NCBI GenBank assembly: GCA_025459285.1
Contig: JALOQY010000001.1
Coordinates: forward strand, 1-43,700
Direction of reading: 5' to 3'
DNA from: Planctomycetota bacterium
GTDB lineage: Bacteria > Planctomycetota > JAJSAM01
DNA length: 43,700 bases
The position numbers and the translations under genes were made by a program. The notes below the pieces were generated by a model. That model saw nothing but the letters and a program-made list of their open reading frames with translations, ran no database searches and had not been told where the DNA came from. Shown piece by piece: positions 37,844 to 43,700 of the stretch. The stretch's first letter is position 1. Each line of letters begins with the position of its first letter.

Positions 37844-39225
37844 CGCGCGTCCCCCTCGCCCGCCGCCCCGGCCGGCAGGAGCCGGATCGCGGTCTGCAGC
37901 AGGAAGAACATCACGAAGGAGAACAGGAGCAGCGTCACCACGAGCGGCGCCGTTTCCGCCGCGCCGGCGCTGAGGAACCGGGTGTAGGCCTCCACCGGGG
38001 CGGTCACCGGGGTCGGCGCGAGGATCACGATCGCGCCGAACTCCCCTGCGGCGCGCGCGAAGGCGAGGACCGCCCCGAGGAGGATCCCCCGCGAGGCGAG
38101 TGGCAGCGTGACCCGCCGGAAGGCCCCGAACGCCGAAGTCCGGAGCGTCCGTGCCACCGCCTCCAGTTCCGCGGGGACCGCGTCGAAAGCCGCGATGGCC
38201 GCCTTCGCGAGGAAGGGGAGCGAGACGAGGACCTGGGCCACGACGATCCCGAGCCGCGTGTTGTCCACCGGCACGCCGATGAGGCCGTGGACGAACTCTC
38301 CGAGGTACTGGTTCCGCCCGAGCACCGAGATGAGCGCGATGCCGGCCACCGACTGCGGGATCACCACCGGCAGGTCGATGACCGAAAGCAGCACGGTCCG
38401 GCCGGGAAAGCGGAGGCGGGAGATGCCGTAGGCCAGCGGCACGGTGACGGCGAGCAGCACGCCGGTGGAGATCGCCGCCGTTTCGAAGGTGAGAGCCAGG
38501 GCGGCGCGCACCCGCGCGTCCTTCAGGACGTTCCCCACGTTGAGGAGGTTCTCGCCGAGGACGGAGACGACCACCGGGAAGAAGACCAGCGTGAGGAGGG
38601 CGAGGCCGGCGCCCAGGAAGACCTTCGCGAGCCCGGCGCGGGCCGCTCCGCGCGCGCCGAAGACCGCGCTGAGGGCGAACCACGAGACGAGGAGGGTTTC
38701 GAAGGCGAAGGGCTGGAAGAACGTGAACGCGAGGACGAGCGCCCAGAAGTAGGCGAGGAGTCGGAAGCTCCGCGCGGCGGCGCAGAGCAGCAGGAGGAAG
38801 AGGAGGAACAGCGCCTCGGCGTTGTCGAGGAGGAGGACGAAGGTCGCGTAGAGGACGAAGTAGCTCGCGACGAAAGCCGCGAGGAACCGGAACGGCAGGT
38901 GGCGCGCCACCTTCGTTCCCACGTAGACCACGAGGACGTTCACGAGGAGAATCGCGCCGCTCGTGAGCGCGTCCGGGGCCACGAGGTCGCCCACGAAGGC
39001 GTGGGCGGCGACGAGGAACATGACCGCGCCGCCGAGGAGCGGTTCGCCGCGCCCGGTCAGGAGGAGCAGGAAGACGACCGCGTTCGCGGCGAGGAGCAGG
39101 AGCGGGAGCAGGCCGAAGGGCTCGGTCCCGCCGGAGGCCGAGAGGACGATGTGGGCCGCGACGTGGGCGGCGAGGAGTGCCCCCGTGAGGCTCGCCACGG
39201 TCCGCCCCCCCCCGCGCCCCGTCAC
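37840..39225 (-). CDS. ABC transporter permease (WtpB/ModB-like) with extra N-terminal membrane domain
   Basis: DLPVVIPQSVAGIAL, EAVARTL, AFARAAGEFGA in the C-terminal half, preceded by about 200 hydrophobic residues. Confidence 0.88.
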   Translation of the reverse strand: MTGRGGGRTVASLTGALLAAHVAAHIVLSASGGTEPFGLLPLLLLAANAVVFLLLLTGRGEPLLGGAVMFLVAAHAFVGDLVAPDALTSGAILLVNVLVVYVGTKVARHLPFRFLAAFVASYFVLYATFVLLLDNAEALFLLFLLLLCAAARSFRLLAYFWALVLAFTFFQPFAFETLLVSWFALSAVFGARGAARAGLAKVFLGAGLALLTLVFFPVVVSVLGENLLNVGNVLKDARVRAALALTFETAAISTGVLLAVTVPLAYGISRLRFPGRTVLLSVIDLPVVIPQSVAGIALISVLGRNQYLGEFVHGLIGVPVDNTRLGIVVAQVLVSLPFLAKAAIAAFDAVPAELEAVARTLRTSAFGAFRRVTLPLASRGILLGAVLAFARAAGEFGAIVILAPTPVTAPVEAYTRFLSAGAAETAPLVVTLLLFSFVMFFLLQTAIRLLPAGAAGEGDAR

Positions 39226-39247
39226 CGGCCGGCCTCCGCGGCACCCA

Positions 39248-40210
39248 TCAGCGGAGATCCCCGCCGAAGCGGACGAGCGTCCCGAGCAGGTCCCGCGCGC
39301 GCTGCGTCGCGGCGCCGGTCCGCCCGCGCAGGACCGGTGGAGCGAGCGGCCGGAGTCCCAGCGCCTCCAGCAGTCCGGAGCGCTTCATGAGCAGGTACTC
39401 GATGAACCGCCTCGTCTTCGCGGGGAGCCCCTCGGCGTCGGGCACGGTGAGGCACCAGTAGACCGGCATCCCCGCGACCCGCAGGGTCCGGTCGCCGCGC
39501 GTGCCGCGGACGGGGAGTTCGAGCGTGGCCGCCGAGTAGTCCGTCTCCGGGTTGCCGAGGTTCACCGCGGGATCGAGCTCGATGAACCGGATGCCTTGCG
39601 CGAGGCAGGTGGAGCGGTAGAGGAATGCGTAGTCAACGGAGCCGCTCTCGAGAAGTGCCGCGAGGATCGAGACGTTCTCCACCACCTGGGCCGGCTTCGC
39701 CCGGAGCGCGGCGAAGAGCCCGGGCCGCTTCGCCTCCATCAGCTTCCAGACGAAGAAGGTCCGGTATCCCGTCGGTGCCTGTTCCTCGTCGGCGCGGGCG
39801 AGGGAGACGTCGTCGCGGAGCAGGACCGAAGGCCAGTCCGCCTCCGCCTCGTCGACGAGCGGGGCGCGCCGGCCGACGCCGAGGACCATGGAGTCGGAGG
39901 CGAAGTCGATGCGGAAGGAGGCCACCCCGCCGAGGAGTTCCGCCACCAGCTCCGGATCCGCGAGCATGAGCAGGTCGCAGGGCTTGCGGAGTTCCGAGAT
40001 CTTCCGGCAGACCACCTGGGACGGGCCCGGCTCGTTCACGATCTCGATCCCGAGAGTGCGCGCGCAATCCTCGCGGAGGGCGTCGACGAGGGGAGTGAGC
40101 CCGGCGGCGTGGAGGATCCGGAGTTCCTCGAGAGGCCGGGGCGGGCCTTTCCCGCACGCCGCGGCGAAGGCGACGAGCCCCGCGAGAATCACGCGGCGCA
40201 GTCTCAGCAT
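39248..40210 (-). CDS. ABC substrate-binding lipoprotein, WtpA (tungstate/molybdate)-like, divergent
   Basis: Lipobox AAAC, RKISELRKPCD, PTGYR..WKL.E, LESGSVDYAFLYRS, VNLG. Confidence 0.8.
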   Translation of the reverse strand: MLRLRRVILAGLVAFAAACGKGPPRPLEELRILHAAGLTPLVDALREDCARTLGIEIVNEPGPSQVVCRKISELRKPCDLLMLADPELVAELLGGVASFRIDFASDSMVLGVGRRAPLVDEAEADWPSVLLRDDVSLARADEEQAPTGYRTFFVWKLMEAKRPGLFAALRAKPAQVVENVSILAALLESGSVDYAFLYRSTCLAQGIRFIELDPAVNLGNPETDYSAATLELPVRGTRGDRTLRVAGMPVYWCLTVPDAEGLPAKTRRFIEYLLMKRSGLLEALGLRPLAPPVLRGRTGAATQRARDLLGTLVRFGGDLR

Positions 40211-41007
40211 CCCTCCTTTCCGCGGTGCTTCGCGAGGGTCCGGAGGCCCTCTACCGCGGCCCCGAGGGCCACGACCATCTGGAACCGGGGCGGCACGCGG
40301 ACCTTCTCCCCGAGGTGTTCCTCCACCGCCCGGACCAGCGCGGTGTTGGCGGCCCCGCCGCCGACGAAGCAGATCTCCCCCTCGTGGCGCACCCGGCGCA
40401 CCATCGAGGCGACGCGGAAGGCGATGGAGTCGTGTGCCGCGGCGGAGAGGTTGGCCTTGCTGACATTGCGGGCGAGGAGGCCCACCACCTCGCTCTCGGC
40501 GAAGACGGCGCAGGTGGAGTTCATCTGGATCTCCTGGTCCGCCTCCGCCGCCACCCGCACGAACTCCTCATAGGGGAGTTCGAGCTTCCCGGCCAGCATC
40601 TCCAGGAACCGGCCGGTGCCCGCGGCGCACTTGTCGTTCATCGAGAAGTCCCGGATCTCGCCGTCCTCCTCGAAGGCGATGACCTTCGTGTCCTGGCCGC
40701 CCACGTCGATCACGTTCCGGACCGCCGGGGGGAGGCCCGAGTTCCGCACCCCGGCCACGCAGGCCTTGATCTCGGTCATCACGACGTCGCCGAAATCGGC
40801 GAGGCGTCGCCCGTAGCCGGTGGTGGCGACGACATCGACATCGCTCTCGACGAGGCTGTTCTCCGAGAGGAGCCGACCGTAGACCTCTCGGGCGGTCTGT
40901 CCCGGGAGGTTGCCGGTCCGCGTCAGGACGTGAGCCGTCCCGGCGCCTTCCCGGAGCAGCACGGCCTTCGTGGTGGTGGACCCGATGTCGATGCCGACGG
41001 AGATCAT
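40204..41007 (-). CDS. ATP-dependent [4Fe-4S] activase (HgdC/BadFG/BcrAD family; DCCP-reductase-like)
   Basis: GIDIGSTTTK, TTGYGR, IDVGGQDTK, MNDKCAAGTGRFLE, STCAVFAESE. GGAGG RBS. Confidence 0.93.
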   Translation of the reverse strand: MISVGIDIGSTTTKAVLLREGAGTAHVLTRTGNLPGQTAREVYGRLLSENSLVESDVDVVATTGYGRRLADFGDVVMTEIKACVAGVRNSGLPPAVRNVIDVGGQDTKVIAFEEDGEIRDFSMNDKCAAGTGRFLEMLAGKLELPYEEFVRVAAEADQEIQMNSTCAVFAESEVVGLLARNVSKANLSAAAHDSIAFRVASMVRRVRHEGEICFVGGGAANTALVRAVEEHLGEKVRVPPRFQMVVALGAAVEGLRTLAKHRGKEGC

Positions 41008-41032
41008 CCGGCCTCCGACCCCTTCGCCGGGG

Positions 41033-41041
41033 AATGTACCA
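41033..41041 (-). promoter_or_regulatory. Putative extended -10 promoter (TGgTACATT) for the activase-ABC operon
   Basis: TGnTAnnnT on the minus strand about 25 nt before ATG 41007. Confidence 0.5.
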
Positions 41042-41308
41042 CGCGCCGCGTCCCCGGTGCCCGTCAGACCCGGTACGTGTCCGGGCGCCACTCGCGCATG
41101 GCGCGCTTGATGGCGTCCCCGGAGAGACCCTGTTCCGCCGCCCGGTGGGCCAGGTCCGCGAACTCCGCGTCGGAGGATCTGCCTCCCCCGCGTGATCGAC
41201 AGCGCGGGCGCGCCCGTCACCTTGGGCTGCGGGCGTGCCCGCACTGTGGTGATCCCGCCGGCGGGCGAGGATGTCCGGGGTCTCGCGGGGCGCGGCATGG
41301 GCCGCCCG

Positions 41309-41330
41309 TGTTACCGCTCCCTGTTACCGC
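41309..41330. repeat. Direct repeat TGTTACCGC x2 (13-bp period) in a divergent intergenic region
   Basis: tgttaccgc-tccc-tgttaccgc, read directly from the sequence. Confidence 0.6.
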
Positions 41331-41406
41331 CGGGTGACGGCGGGATCCGCCGGCTGCGTCCGGCGGGCGGCGGAGCGTGCGGCATCCGGCTTGCGAAGTG
41401 GCCCGC

Positions 41407-42684
41407 ATGCGGCCCGCGGGACTCCTGATCGCCCCATCGCTCCTCCTCATGGCCGCCCTCTCCGCGGCGAGGCTGAGCGACGGCGAGTGTGCCGACCTCA
41501 TTGCTCCCTCCGCGGCGCTCCGGCAACTCGCCTCCCCGGAACCACGAGAGGTGGCCTGGGGGGCGCGGTTTGCCGGTGAGACCGGTCTCCGGGAGGCGGT
41601 ACCCGGCCTCCTCGCCGTCCTGCGCCGCGAGGCCGGGGCGGAGCTGGACCGCGAGAGCCTGTTCCTCCGGGCCACGGTGCTCGACGCCCTGATCCGGCTC
41701 GGCGCGGAAGTGCCCGCCGCGGATCTGCTCCCGCACGCGAAAGACCTCCTCGTGCCGGCGGTGGTCATTGCCCTCTCCCGGCGGCCCGCCGATCACCGGC
41801 CGGAGCTTTCGCGGCTCTTCGACGAGCTCGAGACCGGCGACCCCGACGCCTGGCTTGCCGCGGGGAACCTCCTGTTCGCCTTGCGGGCGCCGGAGTTCGC
41901 GGCGCGGCTCCTCGGGCGGCTCCGCATGGACCTCCGGGTCCGGGTCTTCAGCGACGACAAGCCGTGCCTCGAACCCGGCGGCTCGGTCACCGGGTGCAGC
42001 TACGCCGACGTCCCCGAGGGCTGGCCTCCTCTCGCCGTCTACAAGCTCGGCGGGCCGCCGCCATCGGACTGGCCGGCGAGCCTGCCGCCGCTCCTCCCGC
42101 GGTTCCTCGTCGCGGACGGGATCCGCCCGATCTTCGCCCGCCGCGTGGGGGGGGAGCGCGTCTGGTTCTGCTGCGCGGGAGACGGGACCGACCGCGACGA
42201 GTGCCGGGCGGAATGGCTTGCGGAACTGCTGCGCGGGGCGAGGGCGAAGCCGGGAAAGGACGACGTGAGGCGGCGGCGCTGGTGGCGCCTTCGCCCGCTC
42301 GATCTGCCCCTCGACCTCGGCCCCCCGGCCCGCATCGTCGTGGACGTCCGCTGGACGGGCCGGCAGCCGTTCCTGCGGCAGGTCCGGGCGGAGGAGGAGG
42401 CTCTCCGGGCGACCTTCCGGGACGGCGTGCGCCACCTCGCCGCGGCCGGCGTGCTGACCCGCGAGGAGGGCCGCGCGCTCCGCCCGGAGGTCCGCGTGAC
42501 CGTGGACGACCGGCGGACGGACCGGCGGGCGCCACTCCCTCCCCTGGCGCCCCTCTCCGCGGCGAGAGGGACCCCGCGCCGACGGGCTGCTGGCGGGTTC
42601 AGGCCAGGGTTTCGAGGAAGGCCTCCAGGCGGACGCGGAGCTGCTCGGTGTCCTCGAGGCTGTAGTCGGTGCGGAGGCTCATGA
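41407..42684 (+). CDS. Hypothetical secreted helical-repeat protein
   Basis: Signal-like N-terminus and coding-like codon usage. The 3' end runs 86 nt into the convergent gene. Confidence 0.6.
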   Translation: MRPAGLLIAPSLLLMAALSAARLSDGECADLIAPSAALRQLASPEPREVAWGARFAGETGLREAVPGLLAVLRREAGAELDRESLFLRATVLDALIRLGAEVPAADLLPHAKDLLVPAVVIALSRRPADHRPELSRLFDELETGDPDAWLAAGNLLFALRAPEFAARLLGRLRMDLRVRVFSDDKPCLEPGGSVTGCSYADVPEGWPPLAVYKLGGPPPSDWPASLPPLLPRFLVADGIRPIFARRVGGERVWFCCAGDGTDRDECRAEWLAELLRGARAKPGKDDVRRRRWWRLRPLDLPLDLGPPARIVVDVRWTGRQPFLRQVRAEEEALRATFRDGVRHLAAAGVLTREEGRALRPEVRVTVDDRRTDRRAPLPPLAPLSAARGTPRRRAAGGFRPGFRGRPPGGRGAARCPRGCSRCGGS

Positions 42685-43700
42685 AGGGGATGCGCCGTTC
42701 CTTCAGGACCGCGGAGAGCCGCGGGACCTCCATGTCGAAGAGCTGGCAGAGGCGAAGGCCATAGTGGACCACCCCGTCGGCGCGGTGCCGCTCCGCCAGT
42801 TCGAGGACGCGGTTCAGGCGTTTCGCCGAGGAGACGAAGCAGGGACAGGGGGCGGCGAAGAAGTACCGCTGGGCGAGCGCGCGAAGGAGCGCGGCACGCC
42901 CCCTCTCGTCCACCACCACCGGGTCGTAGAGGCTCTGGACCCCGGAGCAGAGCGTGTCGGCCACCACGTCCGCCCCGCACTCCTCGATCAGGTTCAGCGG
43001 CTTGAAGTTCGGCCAGATGATCGGGGCGCCGGTGAGGACGAGCCGCGGGCGCAGGCGCTCCCGGGTCGGCGCGAAGGTGCGGACATCCTCGAGGACGGCC
43101 TCGGTCCGGCGGATCCACTCCTCCGGTTCGGTGAGGACGAAGCCCGACTGTACGATGGCGGTCAGGTCGCGCACCGACAGGGCCTCGGGCTTCTCCGCGC
43201 GCACCTCCGCGAGTTCGCGGACGAGGCGCGTGCGCCGCCGCGTGAGGTCGATGGCGCTCCGGAGCGCACCGGTCCGGAGCCGTTCGCCGATGTGCTCCTC
43301 GAGGAACCCCACGAGCCGCTCGATCTCGGCCACCGCGGGTTTCCAGTAGCGATCGTAGTCCTGTTCCGGCGGCAGCGGCAGGACGAACGTGGGCTTGTAG
43401 TCGGCGAGCGCCTCGCCGAGCTTGCGCTTGGCGTCGCAGGTGCCGGCCACCACGATGCAGGCGGCGCGCGCCGGCAGGGAAGTCTCGTCGAGGAAGCCCG
43501 CGAACGTGGCCTTGGCGAGAGGACAGATCTCCCCGGAGAGCACCTCCTCGCCCGCCGGGACCAGCGCGGGGTTGCCGCAGTCGATCCGGGCGGGGACCGC
43601 GCCGAGGGCGAGGATCGGCTCCACCGGGACCGTGTTGCAGAGCGTCGCCACGACCTTCGAGCCCGGGGGGATCTGCGGATCGCCGAGCCGGTCGACGAAC
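42599..43700 (-). CDS. 5'-truncated 2-hydroxyacyl-CoA dehydratase (HgdAB/FldBC) family protein, double-cubane-cluster (DCCP)-like
   Basis: Frame open to the window end. TLC, IDCG, ICPL, GTCDAKRK, PRLVLTG.P..PNFK, TLCSG, CPCF, DGVV...LC, TDYS.ED.EQL..RLEAFLE. Confidence 0.88.
   Translation of the reverse strand, partial: FVDRLGDPQIPPGSKVVATLCNTVPVEPILALGAVPARIDCGNPALVPAGEEVLSGEICPLAKATFAGFLDETSLPARAACIVVAGTCDAKRKLGEALADYKPTFVLPLPPEQDYDRYWKPAVAEIERLVGFLEEHIGERLRTGALRSAIDLTRRRTRLVRELAEVRAEKPEALSVRDLTAIVQSGFVLTEPEEWIRRTEAVLEDVRTFAPTRERLRPRLVLTGAPIIWPNFKPLNLIEECGADVVADTLCSGVQSLYDPVVVDERGRAALLRALAQRYFFAAPCPCFVSSAKRLNRVLELAERHRADGVVHYGLRLCQLFDMEVPRLSAVLKERRIPFMSLRTDYSLEDTEQLRVRLEAFLETLA

Noticed and set aside
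37844-39244. Apparent 809-aa ABC ATPase with long N-terminus
   Set aside because: The extension is an alternative frame of the permease. The ATPase starts at 37843.
41217-41219. TGA as selenocysteine read-through into the orphan fragment
   Set aside because: Flanking residues are not protein-like and no SECIS-like or redox motif context is evident.
1-43700. CRISPR arrays, tRNA/rRNA, integrase or transposase
   Set aside because: None seen: no regularly spaced repeats, and intergenic gaps are short. Very small RNAs could be missed without tools.

Overview
Gene-dense, very GC-rich (about 70% or more by eye) bacterial chromosome segment with about 35 protein-coding genes. No rRNA, tRNA, CRISPR array or transposase was recognised. 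Gene content (prepilin cluster, HEAT/TPR proteins, GYF_2 protein, carboxypeptidase-regulatory repeat protein, Tat-exported aldo/keto reductase) suggests an uncultured Planctomycetota-like organism (inference). The standout locus is a translationally coupled two-gene operon (27030->20006, minus strand). It encodes a 1592-aa PEP-synthase-family dikinase with reversed domain order (large unknown N-terminus, phospho-His domain, C-terminal ATP-grasp, no pyruvate barrel), followed by a full-length MaeB malic enzyme-PTA fusion whose catalytic Lys and two metal ligands are substituted, a probable pseudoenzyme or sensor. A second notable locus (36815-43700) links a double-cubane-cluster-like HgdAB-family protein and an ATP-dependent activase to a WtpABC-like transporter with an altered ligand site. 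Other points: a PcRGLX-like gene broken by a frameshift or deletion, a SoxA/TsdA-like cytochrome c with Met in place of Cys, a 28-bp inverted-repeat element overlapping a gene end, an AbiEii toxin pair, and several probable leaderless promoters. All family calls rest on motif recognition by eye; no database searches were run.
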